A DNA stretch of 64,000 bases, from IMG/VR virus record IMGVR_UViG_3300029305_009261. One strand, 5' to 3'. Both the position numbers and the translations under genes were made by a program. Origin of the DNA: an uncultured virus (IMG/VR IMGVR_UViG_3300029305_009261) (lineage: Duplodnaviria; Heunggongvirae; Uroviricota; Caudoviricetes). Position 1 is the stretch's first letter. Every line of letters starts with the position of its first letter. A model generated the notes under the pieces. The model did no database searches. It was not told where the DNA came from and was given only the letters and a program-made list of their open reading frames with translations. Positions 39,405-49,994 of the stretch are shown here, piece by piece.

Positions 39405-39449
39405 AAAAAAAAGAAGAGCTCTCTGTTGTAAGAAAGCTCTATCTTTTTT
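39405..39449 (-). terminator. Intrinsic terminator ending the 21 kb gene run
   Basis: aaaaaga.agagct...agctct.tcttttt. Confidence 0.65.
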
Positions 39450-39455
39450 ATTTAT

Positions 39456-39863
39456 TTATTTTTTCATGCCATATATTTGTTGTAATAACTGATTATGTGC
39501 AGAATAAATTAAAGCTTCTTTTTCTGCAAGTTTAAGAGTATCCCAGTTTTCGTTATCTTCCATGGCTTTTGCTTTTGCAGTATTCCATTGTTCTTCAGTC
39601 ATGGGAGTTTCAATTGAATCGGAATATTCGATTTCTGTTTTTGGAATTTCAATACATTGGTCACCCAAACGAACTCTGTTAATACCCAAGGTGTCTTTAA
39701 TGATTTTTGTGCTAGTAATTCCAGCACCTTCAATCATTAGAACTGCGCTTCTTGCAAGGTCAACGGAAGTACATTGAGCAAAAACAAGCCCTTCATACTC
39801 TTCGGTACCAATAACAAAGAATAATTCTTTTGGCTCTGGTGGATAAATACTAAATGCTGTCAT
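39456..39863 (-). CDS. Hypothetical protein
   Basis: 135 aa ORF. Confidence 0.7.
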   Translation of the reverse strand: MTAFSIYPPEPKELFFVIGTEEYEGLVFAQCTSVDLARSAVLMIEGAGITSTKIIKDTLGINRVRLGDQCIEIPKTEIEYSDSIETPMTEEQWNTAKAKAMEDNENWDTLKLAEKEALIYSAHNQLLQQIYGMKK

Positions 39864-39897
39864 AAAATATCCTTTAATTTGAAATTACTTTTAACCT

Positions 39898-40746
39898 TTA
39901 TCTTACTATTGGAGAAGTATTCAAAGATTCTTCTTGAAGAACATCTACTTTATTCCAATGGTAGCCATAAGTTTTTAAATGAGTATAACGCATTTTATTC
40001 AATTCGTCTTTGTGGTATAAAAAGATTCCTTCCTGCTCTATCATAATCTTTTCTACTATTGTTTTGGTAGGTGGATGGTCACTGCCATGAAGATAAACTT
40101 CTATCTCATCACCAACAAAAATAGGTGGGATATGACTGTATCTTTCTAAAAACATCATTTCTTTTTCAAACTCTTCCAACCATTTTTTATGGGCTTGTAT
40201 GCTCTCTAAAGCTTTTTCTGGAGAGTTTTTGGTAGTAAGACAAGGAAGTAACCGTTGTTTTGTAAAAAACTCTTCCTGACGCTTAAAGAGTACATAATTT
40301 ACAGTATTACAGTATGCGTTTAACGGAAGGTCTCCTCCAGAAATATACATATTTGAAATTTGATAAGCATATTGTCTGTTTTTATATAGCTCCATTGGTG
40401 ATGCTGGGATTGCTAACAAATAAATGGGTTGAACATTTGGATTGCTTCCTATTAACTTTATTCCACAATACGGAGAAAATTGTTCTTTTTCTTCTTTGGT
40501 AAGTTTATGCATAAACAATGGAATTCCATTTTGAGAAATCGCCTCTAATGCGGCTCTCATCAGTATCTGTTCTATAGTGGTTGTTTGCGTCAAAACAATT
40601 GTGTCAGACAGTAAATTTTCGCCAAGGTAGTAGTGAATAATGTCTTTGACCGGAAGTTGTAAAAGATGGTTGAGTTCTTCCAAATTTTTATCTTGGATTA
40701 TTGGTTTTTTCATAACTTCAGAGATGTAATCGGTGACTGTTATCAT
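39898..40746 (-). CDS. Hypothetical protein, paralog family B (tail SPIVR)
   Basis: PPIFVGDEI...KTYGYHW; SD AGGAG before ATG 40746. Confidence 0.7.
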   Translation of the reverse strand: MITVTDYISEVMKKPIIQDKNLEELNHLLQLPVKDIIHYYLGENLLSDTIVLTQTTTIEQILMRAALEAISQNGIPLFMHKLTKEEKEQFSPYCGIKLIGSNPNVQPIYLLAIPASPMELYKNRQYAYQISNMYISGGDLPLNAYCNTVNYVLFKRQEEFFTKQRLLPCLTTKNSPEKALESIQAHKKWLEEFEKEMMFLERYSHIPPIFVGDEIEVYLHGSDHPPTKTIVEKIMIEQEGIFLYHKDELNKMRYTHLKTYGYHWNKVDVLQEESLNTSPIVR

Positions 40747-40756
40747 AAAATATCTC

Positions 40757-41215
40757 CTATCTAGAAAGTGTAGGTTGTAAAAATTTTTGTTCGAGTAGTT
40801 CTGGATTATCAAATTTATTTCCCAGAACTTCTAATTCTACATTGCACATAGAAGAAAACGGAGTAAATTCTTCAATCATGTCAAAATCGGTTTCTCTATG
40901 CCATTGTAATCCAAAAGAACCATTCTGGAATTGAACAATGCCGTTAATTGGCATTCTGCCATGAAACAATCCAGAAATCACATCGTTGGTATATAGTTCT
41001 TTTCCAGATTTATCAAAAACATCTGTAGGCTGGCACACAGTTTCTGAATCTACCGGAATGAAAATGTTTTGTGGAGAAAGGAACAAATCATCATCAAATT
41101 GACCTGCATAAGCGATATAAGAATTATCCTTTGTTTCAAAGAGATATCCTTCTACCCATTGATGAGTTTCTAAGCTTTTTGCTTTATAAAATTGAGATTT
41201 TGTATTCGACATCAT
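40757..41215 (-). CDS. YopX-family protein (tail QPTLSR)
   Basis: WVEGY...VDSETVCQPT...DKSGKELY..D...LEVLGNKFDNPELL. Confidence 0.88.
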   Translation of the reverse strand: MMSNTKSQFYKAKSLETHQWVEGYLFETKDNSYIAYAGQFDDDLFLSPQNIFIPVDSETVCQPTDVFDKSGKELYTNDVISGLFHGRMPINGIVQFQNGSFGLQWHRETDFDMIEEFTPFSSMCNVELEVLGNKFDNPELLEQKFLQPTLSR

Positions 41216-41229
41216 ATTTAGTCTCCTTT

Positions 41230-41862
41230 TTATTTAGAAACATGCGGGCTATCTGGCCACCAACATTCCATAGTGTCAACAAAACGATTGGTGAGTTCAC
41301 CTACCGTAAGGTCAATCGTTGGTTTTTTATTTGTGGGAACTATCATAGATGGACCTGTTTCAAAAAGTTCATATTCTGTGTTAATACCGTTTTGAATCGT
41401 TTCGTTATCGGGAAGTCCTAACAGTCCCGGCATAAAGAAATATTCTGACCATAAGCAGTCATAAATTTGGGTTTTCTGTTCTTCTGTCATTTCTCCTTTT
41501 AAAACAACCGTATACCAATGTTTACTATTATTGTCATCTCTATGAACATAAGTAAATTCTGTATTGATGGGTGAATGTTTTTGAGCATAAGGCTGTTCTT
41601 TTGGGATGTCTTTTAAACGGATTGCAGTATAATCAACATGATAGTCCGAATAAGTGGCATAGCCTTCTAAATAATTTCCATTTTTAGAAATACTATTTTT
41701 ATTTGTAGTGCCATTGTAAAAACTCTCTTTGTCATTTGCCACATCTTCTCGCACCTTAGAAGCTAAGAACGATTTAACTTGTTCTTCAGTTCCTTCAAAT
41801 TGGCAAAGAAAACTGCCATTTCCTTCTGAGGTTGTAATAGAAATAATCCAAATATCATTCAT
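41230..41862 (-). CDS. Two-domain hypothetical protein
   Basis: 210 aa ORF. Confidence 0.7.
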   Translation of the reverse strand: MNDIWIISITTSEGNGSFLCQFEGTEEQVKSFLASKVREDVANDKESFYNGTTNKNSISKNGNYLEGYATYSDYHVDYTAIRLKDIPKEQPYAQKHSPINTEFTYVHRDDNNSKHWYTVVLKGEMTEEQKTQIYDCLWSEYFFMPGLLGLPDNETIQNGINTEYELFETGPSMIVPTNKKPTIDLTVGELTNRFVDTMECWWPDSPHVSK

Positions 41863-41905
41863 GGTTTTCCTTCAGGTTTGTAATTTCTTAGTGTTGGAGA
41901 AAATT

Positions 41906-42760
41906 TCACATAGTTATAGATTGTGGATGCGTTAATTCTTCAGGTGTTTTTACATCCCAATAATATCCACAATCAGAATAACGAAGTTTTTTTCTATTGC
42001 CCTCTTCATTTTCTACATGACAGACAAGATAAGACGAAGAGCCCATAGTATCCATAGATGTTTCAGTGACTACATATTCCTCCTCAGCAAAAAGAATTGT
42101 ATCTCCTATATGTATAAGAGGACAGTCTTCATATTGAACAGCTTTACTGAATTCTAAACTATATTGTTCAGTTTTTTTTGCAAAATCTTTTAATGTATTG
42201 GAAATGCAATTAGCTAAACCGCAATCTATTTCTCTTGAACAAAATAAAGACTGTTTATTGAAAGACGTTTTTAATAAATCTACCATTGGTTCATAGATAC
42301 CAATAATATTACATAAAGGCGCATCATTTGTAAAAGAGATATCCTTAATGTAAAGTTGATTTTCCATTGTTCGAGAGTCAATAACTGTTTCTTCCATATT
42401 AAAATCAATAGAAATAGGATGTTCCAGTTTGTCATCTGATGCTGCATAAAGAACAAGACTTCGTTGTAAAGTATTTGTGTCTGGCCAATCTGGTACTAAC
42501 TGATAAGTAAAAAATGGCTCTAGATTAAGTTTATCAAAAAGTTCTATTACGAGGTCTTTTATTGTTTCATGTAACCGATGTTCCGGTAATGGATAGCAGA
42601 GGTTAGTCACAGAAATTCTTTTTAATTCATTTAAATCAAAGTAATTAGAGAATATGTCACTAATTTTCATAGTTAAAATATTTCCTACTTCTTTAACAGA
42701 TGGTGTAAGTATTGGTGCTTGAGGAAAATTTGTGATTCGTTGATAAATTTTGGTGTTCAT
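41906..42760 (-). CDS. Hypothetical protein, family B (tail QSITM)
   Basis: PLIHIGDTI...SDCGYYW. Confidence 0.7.
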   Translation of the reverse strand: MNTKIYQRITNFPQAPILTPSVKEVGNILTMKISDIFSNYFDLNELKRISVTNLCYPLPEHRLHETIKDLVIELFDKLNLEPFFTYQLVPDWPDTNTLQRSLVLYAASDDKLEHPISIDFNMEETVIDSRTMENQLYIKDISFTNDAPLCNIIGIYEPMVDLLKTSFNKQSLFCSREIDCGLANCISNTLKDFAKKTEQYSLEFSKAVQYEDCPLIHIGDTILFAEEEYVVTETSMDTMGSSSYLVCHVENEEGNRKKLRYSDCGYYWDVKTPEELTHPQSITM

Positions 42761-42781
42761 AACTGTCTCCGGTATTTGTAA

Positions 42782-43666
42782 TTACATTGTTAATGGTTGT
42801 ATTTGTGTTTGTTCTTTTGTTTTTATTTCTGATAATGTCCACCAGTCACCATAATCTTTCAAAGGAAATATAGCACTACCTTTGGAAGCATCTTGAAAAT
42901 CATAATGAATTAAAATATCATCATTGAAAGAAAGTCCGGTAACAATGGCTGGGGATTTTTCTTCATTATAAGTATAAGCAGCCAAAATTTCCGTTCCCGG
43001 CAAAGGAAATGGAACGTCTTTATATTTCGTGATTTCTTTTATATCCATTTGGAATCTCATAGAAGTATCTTCAATATGAGAAGCATAGGAATCTAGTTCT
43101 TCTAGTTCTTTTCCGGACATTTTCGATAAAGTAGTATACATGTCTTGGGTATATGCTTGTCTGACAAAAAACTCTAAGATTTTATAACTATCAAGTAAAG
43201 CATAAAGTGGCAAATCTTTACTAATCTCTACTCCAGTAATTCGACTATGAGATTCATCACAAGATTCTTTATGAAATACAACGTAAACTACATTATCATA
43301 AGAATTTTCATTTTTAAAAGCCTTGCCAGTTAATTTAACTGTTCTTTTCCAATCATAGCCTAATTCTTCTGCTTCTTCAGAGGATAGTGGGAAACAAAAA
43401 AGTTTTGTATCCATAGCTCTTAAAGAATCTTCAAGAATATGAGCAATTTCAAAAGAGAAAGTAGGATAGGTTTGTGAGTTATTATCTAAAAACGTTTTTC
43501 CCACCCAGATATATTCATCTCCTAAGCATTTTCTTAATAAGTCTGAAACCGTCATAGATAAATAGTCTCCAATTTCGTAATAAGTGCTTAATGGAAGTTC
43601 TTCTGCTGGTAATTTCTGTAGAGACTCTTTATCTAAGTTAAATATAGAATATTTTGCATAATTCAT
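42782..43666 (-). CDS. Hypothetical protein, family B (tail QPLTM)
   Basis: PFPLPGTEI...KDYGDWW. Confidence 0.7.
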   Translation of the reverse strand: MNYAKYSIFNLDKESLQKLPAEELPLSTYYEIGDYLSMTVSDLLRKCLGDEYIWVGKTFLDNNSQTYPTFSFEIAHILEDSLRAMDTKLFCFPLSSEEAEELGYDWKRTVKLTGKAFKNENSYDNVVYVVFHKESCDESHSRITGVEISKDLPLYALLDSYKILEFFVRQAYTQDMYTTLSKMSGKELEELDSYASHIEDTSMRFQMDIKEITKYKDVPFPLPGTEILAAYTYNEEKSPAIVTGLSFNDDILIHYDFQDASKGSAIFPLKDYGDWWTLSEIKTKEQTQIQPLTM

Positions 43667-43696
43667 AAAAAAATCCTTTCTTTTAAAAGAGTGCTG

Positions 43697-44122
43697 TTAA
43701 ATAAATGTATTTTTTGAAAGATTATCGGAAAGTACTTTTTGACTCCATTCGTTAATTTTTATAATGTCTTTTTCAGACAACTGTCTATGTTTAAAAGATT
43801 GGTAGCTTTTCTTTGCTTCCCAAACGAAACAATTGTTTTTATCTAAATAAGCATCAAAATGACAGACTTCTGTATCAATATTATCTGTGATTATATGTAA
43901 GCAAAGAGAAACTGTTTTGTTTGTATTTGACCAAGTTAAGTATCCCGAAAGCTTAGTGCGGTGATTGATGTCAATTGTTTCGTCATAATGAAGTTGTTGG
44001 AGGCCTAAAGTGTTTGTTTGCAAGGTTTGTAGCAAATATTCTGTTGCATTCATATCACAAGATTTATAGAATGATTCGGCTAATTGAATTAGGTTTAAAG
44101 ATTCTTTTCTAAAAAACATCAT
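43697..44122 (-). CDS. Hypothetical protein
   Basis: 141 aa ORF. Confidence 0.65.
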   Translation of the reverse strand: MMFFRKESLNLIQLAESFYKSCDMNATEYLLQTLQTNTLGLQQLHYDETIDINHRTKLSGYLTWSNTNKTVSLCLHIITDNIDTEVCHFDAYLDKNNCFVWEAKKSYQSFKHRQLSEKDIIKINEWSQKVLSDNLSKNTFI

Positions 44123-44132
44123 ATAAAAACTC

Positions 44133-44894
44133 CTATCTTAATATAAAATTATTATTATCTTTGGATGCTTTCATTTCAGAAAGCTCATTCAAATGGTCTG
44201 TCGCAGAGATATGAAAACTTTCAGAAAAAGGAGTTTCTCCTAGCTCTTCCATTAGCGCAATTGCTTTTAAATTATTTTGATACCATGTAGAGATTCTTTC
44301 GTGTTTAAAATCATTGACATCAAAAACTACAATTTCTATAAAATCGGATTGATGTACAAGAGCATCAGATTCTACATCCCAATCGCAAGAATTTATCCAT
44401 TTTTCTTTAGCTTCTAAAGCTTCTTCATGGGTAGCAAATGGTTTTTCATAAAAACGTTCTGTAGTATTTCCATATTTTAGACCATAAACATAGCTATGAA
44501 CTAAAAGATATCGAACGTCTGACTCTTCTATTTGAGAAACTTCATAATAGGTATGGTCAGTATATTGGTCATCTAATTTTGTACAAAAACATTCGCCATC
44601 ATGATAACCAATAATAACAGGTGTTGTTAATTTCTGTTCCCATTTTTCACCCTTCCCATTAGAGCAATGAACTGATACAGGAGCTTGATAACTTTCACTT
44701 TCCGGATGGTCATAAGCATATTCTACTTTTTGTCGGTCAGCTAAAGGATATTGAGAACATATAGAATCAATAATCAGAGTTCGGGCATCTTCAATTTCTG
44801 GTCGATTTTTAACAAGTAATTGATGTCTTTCATTATGAGCATCATGCCAATCAATACCAGAATACGATTGAAGTTGTACATAAGCATGTTTCAT
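44133..44894 (-). CDS. Hypothetical protein (tail NFILR)
   Basis: 253 aa ORF. Confidence 0.7.
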   Translation of the reverse strand: MKHAYVQLQSYSGIDWHDAHNERHQLLVKNRPEIEDARTLIIDSICSQYPLADRQKVEYAYDHPESESYQAPVSVHCSNGKGEKWEQKLTTPVIIGYHDGECFCTKLDDQYTDHTYYEVSQIEESDVRYLLVHSYVYGLKYGNTTERFYEKPFATHEEALEAKEKWINSCDWDVESDALVHQSDFIEIVVFDVNDFKHERISTWYQNNLKAIALMEELGETPFSESFHISATDHLNELSEMKASKDNNNFILR

Positions 44895-44907
44895 GCGAAA
44901 AGTTTCC

Positions 44908-45249
44908 TTATCTTGAAATTACTGGATTATTATTTTCTTGTAGAAAATTATATGGATTTTCTAAAAATTCACCACTACAAATAATGTTTTTTCCTAAAAT
45001 ATCAATATTTTCTTCCAAAAAGGAAGGACTGATAATGCTAATTTGCTTATTGTTGCAAGAGATGGCTAAATATTTGATATCAGTAATAGGAATCCAATCA
45101 GTAGGTTTAACTCCTGATTGCCATGTATACTCCATTTCTTGAAGTTTTGTTAAAACAATTTTTTTTGCAGTAGAATCTACTTGAATAAAAATATGATTCG
45201 CATAAATGTGAAGTCGTTCCTCTTTGAAAAAATCTTTGTTAAAATTCAT
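44908..45249 (-). CDS. Hypothetical protein (tail PVISR)
   Basis: Shares a domain with the C-terminal part of 49995. Confidence 0.7.
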   Translation of the reverse strand: MNFNKDFFKEERLHIYANHIFIQVDSTAKKIVLTKLQEMEYTWQSGVKPTDWIPITDIKYLAISCNNKQISIISPSFLEENIDILGKNIICSGEFLENPYNFLQENNNPVISR

Positions 45250-45260
45250 GAGAAAATTTC

Positions 45261-45866
45261 CTATCTTGAAAATACTGGTTTTTGTATCTCTATCTTTTCC
45301 ATTTCTTCTGGAGTATTAAAAAGCTCAATGATTTGAGAGCATTCTTGATTGATATATTCTAAAGAGCTCTTCATATCTTTACTGAAGCTATGACGATAAT
45401 CTCTATCGTATAAACATTTCGTTTTGCCTTCCGGTATTTGAATATTTGGGTTTTTCAAAGGTGCTATAAGGATAGTAAAAAACCGTTTAATTTGTAATTG
45501 TTCTGCTTTTGTCAAAGTTCCTTGTAAAACTTTTTCTTTTTGAGATTGAAATATTTTTTCATAAACGCGAAAAATATAACTAGCTGCTCTTGCTTCAGAA
45601 CAAATTTCAATACCATGTTTTTCTAAAATATCTTTGTAGTTTAATTCAAATTCTTCAATTCCTGATAAATGGCCTTTGTGACATTCTGCAGATGCCATTA
45701 AAGCTTCATATAATTCTCTATTAGAGTCTTTAAAAATATCTGCATAAAGTCGATACCACATCCATTGATAATTGACTTCATACAAATCATTTGCTTGGTA
45801 TAATATTGTTTTTAATTGTTCTGCTAATTCTAGACGAAAGTTAATCTTTCTTTCTGACTCTTTCAT
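45261..45866 (-). CDS. Hypothetical protein (tail PVFSR)
   Basis: 201 aa ORF. Confidence 0.7.
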   Translation of the reverse strand: MKESERKINFRLELAEQLKTILYQANDLYEVNYQWMWYRLYADIFKDSNRELYEALMASAECHKGHLSGIEEFELNYKDILEKHGIEICSEARAASYIFRVYEKIFQSQKEKVLQGTLTKAEQLQIKRFFTILIAPLKNPNIQIPEGKTKCLYDRDYRHSFSKDMKSSLEYINQECSQIIELFNTPEEMEKIEIQKPVFSR

Positions 45867-45878
45867 AAAAAACTCCTT

Positions 45879-46508
45879 TTAAGACATAGAAATACTTTGG
45901 CGTGGATTCAAATAAAATTGTTCTAGTTCTTCTTCTGTAACCTCTGGAATAATCGACAAGAGGAATTCAGATAACTCTTCTTTTGTGGTAAAGGTGTTTT
46001 TAGCATATTTTAATAAATTTGCCACCATATCATAAGCAAAATGGTTTTCCATTGTTCGGAACTCATTTCTTAAATATTGAAGGCAGAGTTTGTCTTCAAA
46101 AATAAAAGATTTTTCTTCTTGTGGAGGATTTTCTTTAATATAAACTTCTCTTTTATATCTACATTGTTCTAACCAATCTTTCACCTCATCGTCCAAAATC
46201 ATTTTTCCATTTGTGTGAGTACCTTCCGAATAAATTGGTTGCTTGTTTTTTGTAATCATTTCGATATGATAAGCATTTAATTTATCTTTTGTACTAATGC
46301 AGGTTTTGTCTAAATATAATCCAGTTTTTCGATGACAAAATGAATCATCAGGGTCCACAAAACATAAAGCATAAGAATAGTCTCCATTTTCTTCAGCTTT
46401 TTTAAACATCCAATATTGAAATTCGTATAAAGTTTCAAAGGATTTAGTAAGATGATATGTAATATTAGAAGATATATGGTTATATCGATTGTAAGTAATT
46501 GTATACAT
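45879..46508 (-). CDS. Hypothetical protein (tail SISMS)
   Basis: C-terminal domain similar to 63298. Confidence 0.7.
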   Translation of the reverse strand: MYTITYNRYNHISSNITYHLTKSFETLYEFQYWMFKKAEENGDYSYALCFVDPDDSFCHRKTGLYLDKTCISTKDKLNAYHIEMITKNKQPIYSEGTHTNGKMILDDEVKDWLEQCRYKREVYIKENPPQEEKSFIFEDKLCLQYLRNEFRTMENHFAYDMVANLLKYAKNTFTTKEELSEFLLSIIPEVTEEELEQFYLNPRQSISMS

Positions 46509-46541
46509 ACAATACCTTTCTTAATAAGTTGAAATTACTAG

Positions 46542-47357
46542 TTATCTTTGTAGGTTTATAGGTAGTTCATAAGGTTCAAAATTTAATGGGAATGTGCCAT
46601 CAGCTATCCGGCGATGGATTTCTTTATCGCTTCGGCTATAAACATCATATATCCAATTTGTAATACAAGTCATCATATAATCTGGGTCTTCTAAGATTTC
46701 TTCTTTTGTCCAAGAAGTAAACTCTCCAAAATCACCATCATATTTATAAGTTAAATAAATATCGGAATTATCAATAATGACAATATTTTTTGTACGTCCA
46801 TTATGTTCTGCTTCATGAAAGGAATCACAAATAAGAGTTGCATAATAAGAATCAGGCATCGCTTTAATTGAATCTCGAATGGAACCTTTTGTTGTCTTTT
46901 TAATACAATCCTCTAAGTAGTTTTCAAATTCTACTCCGGTAAAAGTGTAAAACAAATTCTCAATAGCTTCTTTATCTTTACTGCTTTTCCAAATTTCAAG
47001 AATCTCTTCACCAAGACCAGTTTCTTCGAAAGAAACAGAATCCATATAGTCGGCTAAAATAGTGTCGCAATCTTCAATTCTACCATCTGGCGTATTATGA
47101 TAAAGGTCTAGAACCTGTGAAACCTGTTCTTTTTTATTGAGTTTATCTAAAGAATTTTGAAGTTGTTCTACTTTATTGTGTTGTCTTTTATAGAAATAAA
47201 CAGCCCGAACAAGTTCTGATGGAATTGTAGCAGAATCATCAAAAGCGCCTGCTTTCGTAATAGAATATTTTGCACAAAGGCGGTTAACATCTGCATCATA
47301 ATTGTTTAGAACACTTTGTTCTTCTTTAAGTTTTGTCTGTAATGTTTCTTTTGTCAT
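46542..47357 (-). CDS. Hypothetical protein (tail INLQR)
   Basis: ORF; SD AAGGA before ATG 47357. Confidence 0.7.
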   Translation of the reverse strand: MTKETLQTKLKEEQSVLNNYDADVNRLCAKYSITKAGAFDDSATIPSELVRAVYFYKRQHNKVEQLQNSLDKLNKKEQVSQVLDLYHNTPDGRIEDCDTILADYMDSVSFEETGLGEEILEIWKSSKDKEAIENLFYTFTGVEFENYLEDCIKKTTKGSIRDSIKAMPDSYYATLICDSFHEAEHNGRTKNIVIIDNSDIYLTYKYDGDFGEFTSWTKEEILEDPDYMMTCITNWIYDVYSRSDKEIHRRIADGTFPLNFEPYELPINLQR

Positions 47358-47389
47358 ATTGAATTTCCTTTTTGATTGAAGTTGCATTA

Positions 47390-47794
47390 TTAAATAAGTC
47401 TATTAGTGGTAACGGACTCAGATGGTTCTTGTATGGATTTTAAATACCATTCTGCGTTTTCTTTAAATAAAAACACTTCGTAATAATCCAAATATCGTTC
47501 ATCTTGTACAAATGATTTTAAGTCAGCAAAAGCTTCTTTTTTGTATTCTACATAAATTTCTACATTATAAGCGTTGATTTCAATTCGACTGATAATACCA
47601 CTTTCTACTTTTTTGTTGTCTGTATCAACATTGGGGTCAGTATCTACCCTGTAAATTTCCTGACCAACTTTTAAAGAACCCCAACGTTCTTCATCGATGT
47701 TATAATAGATTACAGGGCGATGATTTTCGTCTTCAGTCATAATCCAAGGGGCTCCGTCTGCAAGTGCAGGGATAACAAAATCTAACTGATTCAT
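47390..47794 (-). CDS. Hypothetical protein
   Basis: 134 aa ORF, SD AGGAGG. Confidence 0.7.
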   Translation of the reverse strand: MNQLDFVIPALADGAPWIMTEDENHRPVIYYNIDEERWGSLKVGQEIYRVDTDPNVDTDNKKVESGIISRIEINAYNVEIYVEYKKEAFADLKSFVQDERYLDYYEVFLFKENAEWYLKSIQEPSESVTTNRLI

Positions 47795-47806
47795 AAAGGG
47801 ACCTCC

Positions 47807-48643
47807 TTATTTAGCGCCCGGAAATAATCCAATAGGGACTTGAACAACTGTTTCGTGTTCTTCTTTTGCTTCTTGATAAAACTCAGATAATGATTGAGAA
47901 TAAGTCATCTGACAATAATCTTCCATTTTCTTCAAGAAAAAGGCTTTTTCATCTTCGGTTAATTCCCATTCAAAACTATCGTAGCTATCTGGTTGATTAT
48001 CTACAACTACATAAGCAGAAACTGTTCCATCAGGAAGCCAAAAAGTGTAAAAATTTATCCATGAATTATCATAAGATTTGGTATTAGTTCCAAAATATTT
48101 ATCTACATCGAACCATAATTCATAAGTAAAATTAAGGCCATCTTCTTCAAAGAAAAGAATCTCATCAATACAATTAAGACTTTGTTTTGTTATGTCAATT
48201 TGTCTTTGGTGCTGATTATTTTTACTCTCTGGTATTAAAGACCCGTCTTCTTTAAATTGAAGTTCGATACCACAAACGTCTAGATTTAATAAAAAATTAT
48301 CAATAGCTTCTTCTGGATTGATACAAATTCTGCGATTGTTAATATCAATTCCAAGACGTTCTTCGATAAATGAGGCTAGTTCGTTTCGTGCAGTATTAAA
48401 AGCAGGAGAGGATTTTCCTTGAGACAATTGATATAAATCGTCCCAACTAAATGTAGTTTTGGTTCCTACATAAGAACAAATATCCTCTTCAAAATAGCAG
48501 TTGCCGTTAATGTCATAAAGGACCCAACATTCAGAATCTGCATTATAATGCGCTCCATGCTCATCAGCTTTAACTAGCCAGTTATTTGAAATTTCATAAA
48601 AGTAATCATGAGGTTTTATAAGAGAAATAAGTGGATTAGTCAT
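47807..48643 (-). CDS. Two-module hypothetical protein
   Basis: N-half like 48653, C-half like 59416. Confidence 0.75.
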   Translation of the reverse strand: MTNPLISLIKPHDYFYEISNNWLVKADEHGAHYNADSECWVLYDINGNCYFEEDICSYVGTKTTFSWDDLYQLSQGKSSPAFNTARNELASFIEERLGIDINNRRICINPEEAIDNFLLNLDVCGIELQFKEDGSLIPESKNNQHQRQIDITKQSLNCIDEILFFEEDGLNFTYELWFDVDKYFGTNTKSYDNSWINFYTFWLPDGTVSAYVVVDNQPDSYDSFEWELTEDEKAFFLKKMEDYCQMTYSQSLSEFYQEAKEEHETVVQVPIGLFPGAK

Positions 48644-48652
48644 AGTTGTCTC

Positions 48653-49099
48653 CTATAATAAACAATTGTAAGTACTTTGTTGGTAAGAATTTAAAAGCTC
48701 TTCTTTTATATCCCCATACTCATCAAAAAAGATTGGACAGTTTGCAATTTCTGTTGCATCTAGAAAATCTTGCATTGATTCCGAAGTAATTTCATAATCT
48801 TTTCCTAATTCATCTTTCATGATGCTTTCAAGTTGAGCTTTTGCGTGGATTCTTGCCATATGTTCATCGCCAAAGGAATAAGCATTTGCTCTATCGCAAA
48901 GTTCTTGATATGTAAAAGTATCTTTTTGTCCAACATATTTTGTAATTTCGCATAGTTCCCAAGGGATGTCATGAGTATCTCGAACATAATAAAGTCCATT
49001 CGGACTTTGATATACTCCTCTTGCGTTTGCTTGATGTAAATCTTTTTCAATATAGAAGTAGTCATATGGGTTTATTAAAGAAACTAAAAGGTCTTTCAT
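48653..49099 (-). CDS. Hypothetical protein
   Basis: Paralog of the 47807 N-half. Confidence 0.7.
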   Translation of the reverse strand: MKDLLVSLINPYDYFYIEKDLHQANARGVYQSPNGLYYVRDTHDIPWELCEITKYVGQKDTFTYQELCDRANAYSFGDEHMARIHAKAQLESIMKDELGKDYEITSESMQDFLDATEIANCPIFFDEYGDIKEELLNSYQQSTYNCLL

Positions 49100-49108
49100 A
49101 TTGAGCTC

Positions 49109-49540
49109 CTATCGTTGTAATGGATATGTTTTTTTTACTTCGGTATAAGAAGGTACTGGAATCTTAACTTCGTTATCCCAGATAACCAGTTTCATCTCTT
49201 CTATTACTGGTATCTCCTCTTCTTCAAATTGTTCCCAGACCTCGTCATCATCGAAACGAACGTCTGTAACTTTGACAATAGGTTTTTCTGGCATATTGTC
49301 TGCATGGAAGAAATCATTTGCATAATCTTCTTTTTCAGTTTCAGAATCAAAGAAAGAAACACCTTTTAAGCGATATTCAAAATTTGTTTGTTCTTTGTCT
49401 GGTCCATAGGAAGCTTCATCCCATGTGGCACAATATTCTTTTCCGTTAATATCTAGCCAAATAGAAGAAATAGAAGGGGCATATGGTAATGGTGCTGTAA
49501 AAGTTAAATTAACATAAAATATCATAATAAAACACTCCAA
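49109..49540 (-). CDS. Hypothetical protein (tail YPLQR)
   Basis: 143 aa ORF. Confidence 0.7.
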   Translation of the reverse strand: MECFIMIFYVNLTFTAPLPYAPSISSIWLDINGKEYCATWDEASYGPDKEQTNFEYRLKGVSFFDSETEKEDYANDFFHADNMPEKPIVKVTDVRFDDDEVWEQFEEEEIPVIEEMKLVIWDNEVKIPVPSYTEVKKTYPLQR

Positions 49541-49573
49541 TACTTAGTAAATTCATATTTGTCAAATATTAGT

Positions 49574-49969
49574 TTATCGTTGCATAAAATTTATTTGGGT
49601 TTTTGCATTTAAGTCAGAAATTACTTCCCGAATAGGAATATGTAAATCTATGCAATGAAGTTGAGTATCTCGATAACCGCCATCTCCCCATGAATCATCA
49701 ACAAGATTATGGGTAGAAACTTCATATTGGCTTTCTGCAGCTTCTTTTGCGTCTTCTACAGGACCATCTTCAGCTAAGTCATTAAAAATGTCTCTATCAA
49801 AGTCTAAATGCGTGAAATCTATATGAAATACAGGAACATTGTCCAATTCTATTAGCAAATCGACGCTTTTGTGAAGAATTCCTGCTTCATGAACTAAATC
49901 TATTATTTTTTCGACTTTTGCTTGATTATCTTCTTCAGAAGATAATGATAATTTCATATATTGTGGCAT
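49574..49969 (-). CDS. Hypothetical protein (tail NFMQR)
   Basis: SD AAGGA before ATG 49969. Confidence 0.7.
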   Translation of the reverse strand: MPQYMKLSLSSEEDNQAKVEKIIDLVHEAGILHKSVDLLIELDNVPVFHIDFTHLDFDRDIFNDLAEDGPVEDAKEAAESQYEVSTHNLVDDSWGDGGYRDTQLHCIDLHIPIREVISDLNAKTQINFMQR

Positions 49970-49994
49970 AAATAAATTCCTTTTTCTTTTAAAA

